Translations under genes and position numbers: made by a program
NCBI RefSeq assembly: GCF_000181795.1
Contig: NW_003526943.1
Span: 5,511,806-5,575,805 of the forward strand
DNA: 64,000 bases
Source of the DNA: Trichinella spiralis
Taxonomy: Eukaryota
Reading direction: 5' to 3'
Shown: piece after piece, positions 44,609-58,771 of the stretch
Layout of the letters: every line of letters begins with the position of its first letter
Position numbering within the stretch: position 1 is the stretch's first letter
Notes under the pieces: generated by a model
The model's database searches: none
Seen by the model: only the letters and a program-made list of their open reading frames with translations
Told to the model about the DNA's origin: nothing

Positions 44609-45537
44609 CGTTCAAAAGCGAGAACAGCTTTTACCTGCCAACAACAAACAGACGCGGCTGAATTGTCGTCATTGGCATTATAACCGAAGCGAAGACGAGC
44701 TGAACATCAAAGCACAGCTCTCCAAGCACGACTTTCCACTCGCTACCTCTACGAACCACTTAACCATTATACTGTAGGCATCAGTAAACATACTTGTACA
44801 TCACAAAACATCCTACTGTAGTTGTATTTCTTTGAAAACCTTTTTTATATAATTTTCAAATTTCAATTCAGAACAAATTTTTTCATTAATTATTTAATTA
44901 GTGTTTTAATTACTAAATCAGGCAATTTTTCTTGTCTTATTTTAGCCTACTCTTTGAGGAATTTTCATTGTTACAACTTTATTAAAAGCTTTGAATTATT
45001 TATTGAAAACTCGGGAATTAATACTATTTTTTAATCAATGCAACATTTCGAACAGTTCAAATTATCCGTCCAGATATTTAAAATTACCTGAGATACATCA
45101 CCGAAAACACTGTATAAGAGTATTTTTTGAATGTCAAATGAATTTTTCAACTTTGGAACAAAAATACATGAAAATGATCTATTTATTCTTTTCGCTTTTA
45201 TTGATAATTTTGATTCTTTTTAATTTTGAAAAATAACTTTAATCGCTAGAGTATTTTTGAAAAGAAACGTCACATTCTAAATGTAAATAAATATGAAAGA
45301 TCAAACAAATACAAATATGTGAAACAATGTTTTCGATGAAGTTAAATTTTCAACAATTACAAAATATTGCTTTAAATTTCAAAACAGTGAATAAAAATGC
45401 AACATTTCAATGATGAATCAAAAGTTGAGTTTAAATTATTCAATAACATTCAATTCAATAAATAATACCTTTTACCGTGTAAAAATATTAAAGCTATGTG
45501 TAGACGGTATTAATTAATAAGTAAAACTTATAACTCA

Positions 45538-45592
45538 TCTAATTTTCTAATCTATAATCTAATCTAATTTAATCTAATCTTCTAATCTATAA
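45538..45592. repeat. Degenerate (CTAAT)n pentamer repeat
   Basis: tctaattttctaatctataatctaatctaatttaatctaatcttctaatctataa read directly. Confidence 0.65.
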
Positions 45593-48299
45593 AGCGCTCT
45601 TAATTTGTATGCAGTCAAAAATGTCGCAATACACTGTAATATACTAATATATATTACTAAAATAGAAGTAACTAACAATGATTAATAATATGAAAATAAC
45701 TTCTTAAATAGTACCTCAGTTAATTATTTCTTTAGAGCAATATGCATTCATTAATTATAAATACCTCATTTTCATAAGATACCGTAGAGATTGTTGTAAG
45801 TTAGCAATATTAAAATCAGCAGCGTTTCTGATAAAGTCTCTATCTGATGAGTACGTGAACTGACTGAGGAGATTATTTAAAAATTATTTGTGAGGCGTAT
45901 ATCATGCAATAATATTAAATGAGCACTTGTAGGTAAAGGCTACTTTTTGATTAAACGTAGTGTTTACTAAAAGCGATGCTATGCTGAGCAAACCTGTTTT
46001 AATAATACGTAGATATTTTGCATTGCCAAAAATATATATTTGTAAACATATAAATAAATAACTACTTTTAAATAACAAAATTTTGTGTAACGTAATAAAT
46101 AATTTCAAATGTGATGACAAATTTTCATTGTATTCCTGTAGAGACTAAATTCAAGTTTTGTGATTTTAAAAGAGGCTGCGTTATATAATTGTTATTCTGT
46201 AAAACACTTCAGTCACTTTTATACATAAATAAATTTATACATATGTAAGGGTGCAATTTTCACAAGTGCATTAGTTTGGAAAGGTATAAGAAATCAATAT
46301 TTTAGACTTAACTATAATAATGGTGACTTGAAAATTACAATTAAATGATTGATTATGTCTGTTGATGCATAATCGGGTAAATTTTATAATTTTAGAAATT
46401 AAAATTCAAACTTGCTGTTAGTTAAAATTTCTGAGGCGAAAAGTTTCAATTTTTTCTTCTTCAATCCGCTTAACACCAGATGGAACTTGATCAATTAAGC
46501 TCTTATTTTGTTAAGCTGTCGAATATATAGAAAATGTGAATTATTCAGCGATCGACTGTAGCGTTGAATTTAAAGCAGCAACATTATTTATGAATCAACT
46601 TGTTAAAAAATAATAATTTCAATTAAAAAAAAGTCATTTGACATTGCTGATTGAACTTGATAAAATCAGTCGGCAAAATGCAAAATTATTAAATTTTAAT
46701 TATGTAATGTAAAATAAAATGTAAATGATTAATTCATTTTTACTCTGCTTTCAAATTATAATAAAATGCTTTCTTGCAGTTGAACTACTTACTGCAAGAA
46801 ACAATCATTTTTAATTAATCATAACGTAAAAAGTGAATTATAAGTTACTTAGTTGCTTATCATCATTAACACGGAAAATATGAAATTATAAATTCATGAA
46901 CAAAACTTAAGAACTTTGGAAAAAATGTTTTTGATTTTTTTTGATTACCTGGAACATAAGAACGTCAATTGTTCTTTGTATTCTGTCAAAGTTTCATGCA
47001 AATGTAATTTCAACTTCTCCAACAGGGATGATCAAATATCACGCAAAATTGAATTATGAGTCAGTGTTTGCATGTTTCGTTTTGATTTTAATAATCGATT
47101 ATGAAATCATATTTCAAATTTTAATGGAAAAAGGAGGAAGAAGAAGTTGCAATGCTTATATTCAAGCAAAAGCAATAGTAAAATAGTAATAATAATTGTC
47201 GTTTAGTTGTTGTTGCTGGAATAAAATTGTGGAAAGTTTTTGAATTCAGTTTTCGATTGTATAAAACAGATCCTCGAAAAGTGATTTGTCTAGTCAACCT
47301 GATTCAGTTTTCACAGCGTCATTTTGTTACCTATTCAAAAGATGACACATTTATATACTTTCAGTTGGAATTTGAACAAACCGAGGACATCGTCTAGAAA
47401 AAGCATTTAAATTCAGTTTTTTGTCATACCTGAACAATTAATTGTCCGCATATTAAAGGAAAATTTCTACTTATTATTTGCAAACTGAATGCAAATAATT
47501 TTTTATTTCTGAAATAAATTAATTCAAATATCATTTTCATGTGATCAGTATTAATGAGAAGCAATAAATATTGTTTGGAAAATGATTTTGTTACAATTAA
47601 ACAAAAGATAAAAAGAAATACAACTCTTTGGTGGTGTTTTTGATCGAAATAAAAGAAGCAGGTGCAAATAATTGAAAATTGTTTGCTAAGCGAAAATGCT
47701 AGCCAACTGTTCAATGAAACTAGCTGATTGAACAAATTAAAATGATAAAAGATACTTCTGATGACTGTGGAAAAAAAGAATCACGTTTTCTGTTTCATCT
47801 CACAAGATATTAAAATTTTGACATCACATTAATGAAAACTACTTGACTGTTTTTCATCTTTTTCAATAATTTTACTCTGATTATTCGTTCTCTTCTATTC
47901 TTTTGTCTTTTTACATAAAAATTTTATGGTATATTTAAAAATGGATTAAAAGTTAATGGAATTTATACTGATATAATTAGTTTATTTTGAACTTTCACTT
48001 TTGACATCGTGAAATTTAATTTTTTATTTATTTTCTTAACGAATTTTTAATTAGTTTTCATTAATTAAAAATTGAATTGATTTAGTAAACAAGATGCATA
48101 ATTCTTCTTGTAAATCTTTTCATTTTCAAACGTATTGCGTTAAATTGAATGCATTAAAACACATTTCTTTCTGAATGATTGATTGGATACTGATCAAATG
48201 CATAAATGAAATAATTATGCGCTGATTGGAAAATTATTACAAGAAAATTTATCATTATTAAGCAGTTTTTATATATTTAATTACAATTATAGTAAATTA

Positions 48300-48747
48300 T
48301 CAATTTGGAGAATGCTTCAGACAATACGGTTTGCCATTCTGAATGAAGTAGACAAAATTCATAAACGGTCGCCTGCATGCAGCGCAGACGAAACAACTTC
48401 GATGCCACTTTTCACCCATTTCAAATACGACATCGTCATCCAACGCAAGACAACAGGCTAAAAAATTATTCAAATATCAAATAATTTAATATTGTAATAA
48501 AGTTTGAAAAAAAAACATATTTTCTTTTACCTTTGCAAACGGAAGTGGATTTATGGCAAAGCAGACAAATTGGTTTGTTGTTTTGCTCGACAAACATGGA
48601 AAATCCGTCTAAACATTTTTTACATTTCGAGCAAATTACGTGCTCAGGATGGTAGACGTTGTTCAACACCAGCGCAGCAGATGACGAAGAAATTTCGTGA
48701 TTGCACTTCGCACAACTCGCATCATCATTGATTTCATCATTAGTCAT
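48300..48747 (-). CDS. Small two-LIM-domain protein (124 aa, 2 exons)
   Basis: Exons 48747-48531 and 48457-48300 give CAKC...YHPEHVICSKC...ICLLC followed by CKAC...WHRSCFVCAAC...YCLKH. An in-frame stop lies just upstream of the ATG. Confidence 0.85.
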
Positions 48748-49928
48748 TATTGTTTATGCTGCTATTTCGGTTTTCCTCTACGACAATGACAACAGTAATT
48801 CAATGATAAATTTATTTCTTCCTCATTGTTTAATGCAAACATTTTAAACTACATTAATTTTAAAGTACCCTAAATTTACAACTGATATTGTGATAAAAAA
48901 AGTAAAATAAAATAAAAATTTATTCATGTTAAAGTATTAATTAAAAGAAAACAATTAATAATGCATAATAACAAGCAATTATTCTCACAACACTTGTTTC
49001 ATTTCAGTTTGCATCACTGTATCGCTTAATACAAAAAATTACTGACAGTATTTTTTTAATACCTACTTTTAAAATTGCTTACAGTGTCCACGAAATTACT
49101 TCCCGCTTTTAGAGATGTAAACTATCACTTTTGTTAATAATTTTTTTACTTTTTAAGCAATATTTATTGACAAGGAAATGAAAGAAGAATCAGAAAACAA
49201 TTTTCGTTCGAATATTCTTTTCAATAAATGTCATTGAACAATTTTACCCCACACGCGTGAATCACATTGTCATCAAATTGGGTTGTTATTTTTCAAAGTT
49301 AAAATGAATCGATTGTTTTTCTTCTTCCACTTGAATTGATCAATAGCAGACTTTGCAAACGTAAAACAAGAAAAACACAATAAATGCAACTTCAAACACC
49401 AATATATATATTTTTTTTTAAATATTATTCTTCCACCATTTGATGAAGCTGTTGTCAAATTGTTCTAACATCCTTGTCGTAAGCAGTGAAAATGACTATA
49501 ATCAAGAATCTTTGATAAAAGTGAAAATTCAACGAAACAAATTATGTTTGAACAACAAGAACATCGAACAGTAATTGGTTGCTTAACGCTTTTAATAAAG
49601 CAGAAAAAAAGAGTAGAACTGTAACGTGAAGAATAATACTGTAGCGAAAAAGCAATACCATCAAAAAAAGAAACATTTGAAAAGAATCGACTTACGATAG
49701 CACAGTTTACTTTTTAACTACAGTATTAATGCAGAATGATATGAAGGAAAAAAAAACATTTCCTAACTTTTGCAATTTTTCTTTTGTTTTGTCAAAATCA
49801 ATTTGCACTGTATAAACTGTTTGTTAATAATCGTAGTCAAATTGATAATTATTATTTTTATTGAGCATTTGCTGACGGCTACTCTACAGTTGTCATCGGT
49901 GTGCAGTTTTTTCATCTTGACGAACAAA

Positions 49929-52264
49929 TCAAGGGAAATGGTAAGCTGCAGTCTGATCTCTGGCTAATGGGAATGAAACGCCATCACCACGACTAAAAAT
50001 AAATAGGCAAATAAATAACAAATTCATTTCATAAATTGTCGTACATGAATAAAAGTTATTCATGATCTGTCAAGCAAATTTTTAAATTATTTTCAAACTT
50101 CCAACTGCTCATCTAAGGAGAAAAGCAATCACAGAACGAAAAAAATACAATATATTACTTATTTTATAATATCGTTATGAAAATTTTGAGTTGACAGAAA
50201 AAAAATGTATAAACTAGATGAAGGTATGAAAAAATTATAATTTTTCTATATTAACATGGATAATCATTAATGCTTTTGTATTAAAAAAATGCTCATTGCT
50301 TTTTGGACACTTCAATCAGTGAAAATATCCACTTTATGAAATGCTTTTAAATACACTTTTTAATTTAATAAAATTCTTTAATAATTTTTTAATAATAATA
50401 ATAATAATAAACTAAATTTTTTTAATAATATAAAGAATATTTGATTCAATAAAATATGAATAAATAATAATAAATTTTCCAACAAAATTCTCGACTTGTG
50501 TTGGTCAGATCAATTTACCCTGATATTGAAAATAATAAATCAATTGTTTGAACGCATGAAAATGTTCAAAAACAGGCCGGCTGGTGACAGCATAAAAACC
50601 GAGGCAAAGTTGTAAAAATGGAAAATAATGAAAACACGTTTTGCAAATTACATCTGTTAAGCCATAAAAGCATCCAATTGAAGACCGAGATGCTATACTT
50701 TGCATAGTCATAAATATTTATTGCATTTTTCTTAACAAAATTTATTACGCCTTCTGTTTAACAAAATCATTCCAGCTGAGATGCTATCTCTATCAGCTAT
50801 TCAAATTCAAACCTAGTTAGCAAATAATAAAAAGTAAAATAAATAAAAGCAAGAAAAGAAATGAAATAAATTATCCAAAAAGTAAATATTTTAATGTGCA
50901 AATGAAATTATATTTAAAAAAATTTAAACCCTCCCGCAGAATAAGAACACAAAACATGAAATACAGTTTAAATTTTCAAACAAAGACGCGAAGCTGTTAC
51001 CTAGAAAAGACTGGTATCAACCAATAAAATGGTGAATCTCCAAAAATTTCTCTAAAATTTCTAGTCGTGCCCAGGTTGAATCCTTCCTTGTCAGGACCGT
51101 GGCTAAAAATTGGGGCCCGAAATGATTCTAAATAAAAAACCACACAAGCTTATATAATGTGAGATGTAAAAAACAAAATATCTGCACAGACCGAGTGTAG
51201 TACGATTTTTCGACGTCAACCAGAGGTGGTATGAAAATAGACTGCTAACGCTGAAAAAGAACATGCAGGCGACGAAAAATAAAAACATTATGTGAAATTG
51301 ACTCTTCTTCTGCATACGTCCTTCATCCTGAAACAGTTTATTCTGTTTTCTTTTTGTACTTTATTTATGATAATTAAAAACTCACTGTCCAAAATGCGAC
51401 AAAATATTTCAAATCGGTCAGTGCAATAAACAAACACATTATCCACGCATAGCCCAAAAATAAGATGAAAAATTTATAATTGCCAAAATGGACGCACGTG
51501 TTCACCCAAGGGCAGTGATGATCCATTTTCAGCAAACAACTACAAAATTGAACAAATGAAATCATCTAGCATTTTGGATCGACTGCATTTTTGAGAACCA
51601 CTTACATGCCACAAATGGAACAATGATGAGCACGATCGGGTTTAATAATTTGACATTTTTCGCAATATCTCAAACCTGGAGAAAAAGAAACGTCATAATA
51701 TGACAAAAATTATATTCATACATTTGTTTGTGTTCACATGGGAATAAAAATTTTGTACAAATCTCACCTCCATCTTTGTTCCGGCAGCGGACAGGTAAAG
51801 AGTTTGTCAATTCGGCAATGAAGCCTGAAGTAGCTTCCAAATTACCCTGCCTTAATCGAGTCACATCCGACGATGATATGCTAAACAACGGCGGCGCTGT
51901 GTACACTGTGGAAAATATTGTTTTCCAATAGGACCACATGAACAATATCACAATCAAATGATATGGGATTAAATATACAGCTGAACGAAAAAGAATTTTT
52001 AACAACGCATAAAATGCAACAACAAACTCTTCCGCAACTGCACCTTTCTCTATGTAGCTTTGGACGCTGACTAAAATTCAAATACTGGATTATATAATTG
52101 GGAAAAATGGAAAACATTTTGCATGATTTACAAAAGCAAAGTTCAAAAACGTATGCGTAGTAGGACCATAGAACTACAACTGAAATGAATACCACCGGTA
52201 CCCAACGAAAAAGTTGCAGACAAAACACAACCACCGGATTTCTCATGCAGCTCGACAAGCCCAT
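49929..52264 (-). CDS. DHHC palmitoyltransferase, ZDHHC2/15/20 group
   Basis: [83 protein letters not shown]...NFREIFG and [16 protein letters not shown]. The exact start and the last exon end are less certain. Confidence 0.93.
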
Positions 52265-55200
52265 CGTCGACACTGGAGCATCTGCTTAGTCGAACTTCAA
52301 GAAAGAAGTATTCACCCTGAGACTCTGAAAATCACAAAAATACACCAATTCCCTTTTCATACCATACACACAATCAATAAAAACAAAATAACATTTTCAT
52401 TCATAATAAATAAATTTAACCAATGAAAAAAAAGCACTTTCAAAAAAATTTTACTTTTTTAAACATACGATGCGCAAACATTTGAAAGCGAAAATTATTC
52501 CACTATCGTTATCATTTAAATAAACAACGTTTAACATCACTGCAATCGTGCAGAACAAATGGTGAAAATTTTTTGACATAAAAATAAATTACCATAAACG
52601 TATTTTACCAATTCTTTTTTCTTTTCAAACTGCGTTTTATCACAAACAATCTGCTCAAAGTGTACAGTAATAAATTATACTTGATTATTTCGAACACTGT
52701 ACACTAGTGGGGTTTTTATTTGTACACTGTCAGTCCTTCTGATTTTAGTGCTCAATCAATAGTACTATTGGAAATTTAATAAAATTAAAAAAATTAATGT
52801 AAAATACAAATTCAACATAAACTGCTTTAATCACATTCTGTGTGACGTTATAAAAAATTCGATAATGTACTTCTCTTGAATATGACATCCAAAATTGTAT
52901 GAAAACTTTTACATACACGTTTTCCCATTTTTAATGTCTCATTTAAGACTAACCTCAAGGGCATTGTTCAGATGTCTTTAAAGTGGATGCAGTTTGACGC
53001 TGCTGGTCAATGATTGCTGCTATTGAACTTTCGAATGTTAAAATTATCTTAAATTTCCATTTTCAAAAGCAAGTGAAAGAAAAATAAAAATAAAATAAAA
53101 TAAAATTGATTTCTTTAAAGCATAAATAATTTTTAAAAAGTCACATACATTTCATGACTACTTTAAAATTTGTCATACCTTAAGCATTTTCTTCAGAGCT
53201 GTTCAGCACAAAATATCTGCTTCCAAGTTGCGAAACTTTGTTAAAACAATGCCATAACTAAGTAAACATTATTTATAAGGTCATTTGAAAAGAACACTAC
53301 AGAAATTATCAAAATTACTTCCTTCTACAATAGAATTTAAAAAAAAAACATTCGATGAGCAATTGCAAAAGAATGCAAACCTATTGGTGACAATCGAGAA
53401 ACAGGGCTGAGTTGAAAATGGGTGACACCCCCCCTGCATTTGAGTGACAAGCAAATACAAATAAATAAATATATAAATAAATGCACACATATCTGGTTTA
53501 GTAATACAGAACAAACTGTGTCACGTTGCATTATCAAAAAAAGTAAAAGAGAAAACAACTAATAATCAATGTTACATAATTCAGCACATACGTTAGTCGA
53601 AGTTTCTCTAATGTTATCTAAAACTTTCATTTATAAACTGTAACATAAATATTTACTAGCACATACATCTACACGTCAGCAAAGGCATCCAATAAAAGAT
53701 TGAAATGCGCTTGCTCATGTGAAATAATCGTAAATCAAGATACAATGTGATATATTTATAGATGTTTTTAAAGCAGCTGTTTATCAACAGGTAAAACTTT
53801 AAGAAAATTTCCAATGCTACAAAATTTTGCAAACAAAAGGATGTCTAAATTTAAGTGTGCTAAAAGTGTAAATAGCTATTTACTTTCACCATTCAAACGA
53901 AGAAATGCACCCTCCCAAAATTATTTTCGTAATATTATCTATCCTAATATGATCAAGAACACTCAAAATCGCGTAATAAGTAAAGCAAATTCACTTAGAC
54001 GCTTGAAACAATTGAAAAGTTTTCTCTTACAACAACTTGGCAATTTCCTTATCAGACACAATTAAATACTAGTAAAGAGCAAAGACATTCACCAGAAAAT
54101 TATCACTGCTAACGTCAAGCTATTACCTGTTAAAAAATCCCAATAAAATATATCACAATTTAAGACAGCCACATTTCACAATAAAATTAAGGCATACTGT
54201 ATTAAAATGATGAATAAGTAAAATAAATGTGGAATATATTGTTTACTGATTGCAATAAACGAAGATGTCCATAAGAAAATCGAAGTGAACAAATAAATAT
54301 AATGAAATGTACTTCATAAATTTTAATATATATAATTCGCATGCATTTACAGTTTATTATATTATTAAATGAGTATTTTTTATAATCATTTAAGTAATAT
54401 TCAAGTTCATACATACGTACTATTTGTTGAACTACATATTCTGCACTTCACATACGTGTGAAAACATTAATTTATTATGATTGATCATACTTTTATGCTT
54501 CATTTCATAACTTTATTACAGAAGTGCAGCATCTCTATCAGCTGACGCATGTTTTTCAGCAATTATTAACAAATTAATTTTTGTGGCTAATTAACTGACA
54601 TGAACATAATTTAACATAAAAATACTTACTTTCTGTTCACTTATTTTGTTCAGTGTCCAACCCTCCATTTAAAAAAGCTTTAAAAATGATGAAAAACTAT
54701 TACGCATATATCCATCATTGCTTGAAATTGCCGAAAATTAACGTAATCATTGTAACTTCTATTCGAAATGCACAATAATAAAAAATATGCTAATCTGTCA
54801 TTTATGCTAATATATTATGTGAAAAAGTCATATTTTTCATAATGTCTTTCTTATTAGCTTTTCAAATTTTTATAATGTACAAATAAATGTAAATCCAAGG
54901 ATTTGCTAATTCACATATGAATTACAGAATCACCCCAATTTAAATGTGTAGATGTAATTCGCAGCACATTTTCATAAACGACACATTTATTAACTAAAAT
55001 AAACAATCAAAAAACATATAACGGTATGTTCAACAAAACACCAACAAATCATCACTAAACATCAATATAATACCAACAAACAACAGTTGAATTAACTTTT
55101 ACGAAACATCTGTATAATGTTCTAAAACCCGGAAATAGTCTACAACATTTTTTTATCGCGATTAGCGATTAGCAAGTTACAACTGCATACAAATCATTTT

Positions 55201-55613
55201 AATTTCTTCGAATTGATCTGATTCATTTTTTAAATTTCTTCCTCAACCGATGAAAGCAACGGCAGTAAAATTAAACAAGTGAACAAACTTAAGCATAAAC
55301 TGAAGTTTGCAATACTAAATTATAACTTTTATACAATTTAAAAATAACAAAAAAATTAATTTCGTTAATCAGATATGAAAAGTAAAATATGAATTCTTAA
55401 TAGAAAAAAAACAGCAAAAACGTTTTCATCAATCAAAGAAGGTTGGTTCAATGAATACACCGGGATTTAGAACATTAACCAAAAATAACATATCATATAA
55501 AAAATTAAACAATCATCAAACAGACCATGTATTAATAGTTTCGAATAAATACCTAATTTAAAAATGAATGCGCACAATTTCAAAATAATGCCAAACGAAT
55601 AAAGGGGTGTTCT

Positions 55614-57898
55614 TCACTTATGCTCATTTTCCACATTTGACATGAACTCTCCAGCAATGTTCATGAAGTCTTCCAAGCGATCGCAAATGGAAATAACTGA
55701 ATACGCATCCAGAGCTGAAAGTTCAAATTAAATAATAGTACTTAACAATCAACCCATGATACGACTAATTCAAAGCATCATTACCTGCATATTGCATTTG
55801 CATTTCTCTCAGAGGTCGTCTTTGCCAATTGGACATGCGTTCACTTTTAGACAACCAGTAACCAAGATATACAAAGCAGTGATCATTTAGAGATCTAGTA
55901 AAGCTGAGTTTGGGCAATTTAATGTTTCCATCTCCTTCTGAACAAGAAACCAACGTATCAATGTCAAAATTATCTGACAGCTGTTTTATTGACAGCAAGT
56001 TATATTTTTTTGCAAAAACATCATATGCATCATTAAAATGCGAGCCACACATGCCATAAATCTGAAAAGATATGGATAAATATTTTTTTAAAAAAAGCAA
56101 CTTTCAGCTACCTGCTTAGAAATGTCTTCAACACTCTTCACATTTGCTGTAACGGAAAAATCTTTGTTACCAAAAATGTAATACAAATCCGTTTTTAATG
56201 AATGACCTGAATATGAAAAACTCATACTTTTTGAAAAAGAAAATTTAGAAAAAAAAACATGCCAGTTTTTTTAATTTCTGCATCGCAAAATATTTCCCAT
56301 AATTTTTTTTTAAATTCTTTCAGTTTAGCGTGCTTTTCATCCTTATTAAATTGAAAGTAGTCGATCAGGTAAACCTGTTGACGAGTAGCTATTTGAATAA
56401 CATCTGCTGCCCTTAAATAAATGCTTAACGTTATGATTGAATTGAAAAATATCACTCATGCGCATATCATACGAAACAACATCGTTAATAAACATCGTAG
56501 GACGCCATTCGCTGTCGATTCCAATTGTATCCTCTTTGGAAATCTCACTCAAGACAGTGAGCGCTGCGTCGTAGTTGTCAACAAAACAAATTTCAATGAA
56601 GCTCGGCAACTGCAAAAACTCTCCAATTTTTGGTTTAGTCTGAGGCGATATCCTAAAATTAATCCGAAACATAAAATTACTATTTTATATTTAAATAAAA
56701 AACACTGTTTGCTTACACAGCTGCCTTGTTAACAAAAGTTCGTTGACTTGTTAGGAATCTTCTGTTTCGACATTTAAACAAATTTCTCAATTGCACTTCA
56801 TATTGTTCAGCCCATTTTGCCGCTTCTGCTTGATCGCAGTAAGTATCGCACAGCAATTCAATTAGAAAATTAATCGATTCAGGATAATTTTGCAACACCA
56901 CCTCAACCAACTCTTTCCAACCATCATAATTCATGTCGCCGTTAGTATAAAGTGATGCACACAAAAACTTTAAAGCACCACAATATGCAAAGAATCTGAG
57001 TGATTTGTATTTGGCTAAAAACAAAATGCATAAATAAATAGATTTAGAAATTTTATGTCGCTACATGTAAACTGAAATGCATCCAAAGTTCCATTGTACA
57101 AACTTACAAATATCCACATCCAAATGTTTTGCCAAGAAAATAACAGATTTCGAAATTGATTTTCTATCCTTCCTTGTAAAATTAGAGCCGATAATGTGAA
57201 CTTGTCTAGAGAAAAGATATAATCATAAACAATGCTAAATGTAATTTAATATCATACTCAGCATATTGTTTCATTGAAAAATAACTGTTCAAAAGTCTAT
57301 CAAAGGTTTGAAAAAATTTCTTAATCAAGTTTGGCGCGCTGCGTAAATACTGCAAAACATCCGTAGTGTTACCATTAATATGGAACATGCATGGTACTAA
57401 AATCTGAAAACAAAGTCAAAATAATTAATACTGCAATAAAAATGTAAAGTATTTTTATACTTCGTCAAGTTCAAAAATACTGTGTAGTCGCAAAGTGTTG
57501 ATACAAACTACGGCGTCCACATAACGACCAGAATGAGCCAACTTTCGAACAGAGTCCACAAATATGGAATTGTTGGATTCCATTTGAAAAATACGGGCCA
57601 TCATATAAAATTGCTCCATATCGCAAGCAGTTGCAATATCAAATGCTCGTATAAGCAGATCATTGCTAACCGAAGTAACTTTACAATTCTCCTCAAGCCA
57701 ATGCTGGAATTTTTCAATTATGATGAGATGCAACCTTTTAGAACGGGTAGGAGTAAAATATGGAGAAACATTTTCTAACAAATCGATCAACTGCACTAAA
57801 GGATCTGTCCAAGATTGAAAAGTATCTAATAAAAACTTCGGAATTTCCGAAATCTTCAAACGTTGCAACTCGTCTACCGTTTCCTGAGCTGAAGTCAT
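55614..57898 (-). CDS. mut-7: EXD3/MUT-7/Nibbler-family DEDDy 3'-5' exonuclease
   Basis: Helical N-terminal domain (DPLVQLIDLLE..., DQAEAAKWAEQY), ExoI IGIDSEWRP, IQIAT...VYLID, ExoII KTGHSLKTDL, and LSKSERMSNWQRRPLREMQMQYAALDA (ExoIII). Stop at 55616-55614. Confidence 0.88.
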
Positions 57899-58771
57899 CT
57901 AAACAAAATAATAAAAAGTGAAATCACGAAAGTAAATTTAGAAAAATATATATTTTCCTCGTCCAGTTGCTATCTTCAGTAACATAACTTTCTTTTTAAT
58001 TTCTATTATTAATAACCCCAGAAAAACAAAGTAAAGCATCAGCATGATGTTTCAAAATAAATTAGAAACTGATAAACTGTAAAATAAACGCTAAATATAA
58101 AAATTCCAGTATTAAAATAGTTTCAAGCATCATTTGTTCACTTAGACACAATATCGAACATATATTAAATGAATATAGAATCCTGTTTGGAAATGTTCGA
58201 GCAGCTTATCTTAATTTTAAACAAAATCTCTCTTACGCAAAAAGGCGAATTTCTACTTTAAAAAACATTCAAAATGGCTGTGATTTTAAAATGTAAAGAA
58301 AAACTACAACTATGAAACTATGCCACACGGAGTGATACTTTTACAGCTTCAGCTTTAAACAAAATAAAAGAAGATCATTTTGCAAAACACTTCCTGTTAT
58401 ATTCCTAAATGTGGGTCACAGTAAAAAATACTGTAAAAGTAGTAAATTTATAATTTAAAAAAGGAAAATTTACAGATTCATAAAATTATAAAATTTATTA
58501 ATTTAAAGCAATTTATTTATAAATTTTTTTATTTTATTGCAAAATAATCAAAAACTTAAGGACATTAATTTCTTACTGTAAATGTAAACAATTTTGTTTT
58601 TGCTTTGTCTCTGAATAAAATTCTTCATATTTTTCATATTGACGATAATGTATTTTTTTGAAACAGTTTTATTTAAATTATTTTTTAGTAAAATATTGAA
58701 TATGTTATTCTTATTTGTTTTATTATACTCTTTATTATTATTGAACAAGATGAATGATTTATTTTGCAGGA

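Noticed and set aside
45538..45630. Possible Helitron 5' end (TCTA..TATAAAG)
   Set aside because: No matching 3' hairpin with CTRR could be identified. Kept only as a simple repeat.
45843..45870. CTGATGAG hammerhead-ribozyme-like core (another on the minus strand near 35257-35264)
   Set aside because: No properly placed GAAA or pairing stems II/III.
48300..57898. Run of minus-strand genes as a possible nematode operon
   Set aside because: Gaps of about 1.2 and 3.3 kb are long for an operon, and there is no SL evidence from sequence alone.
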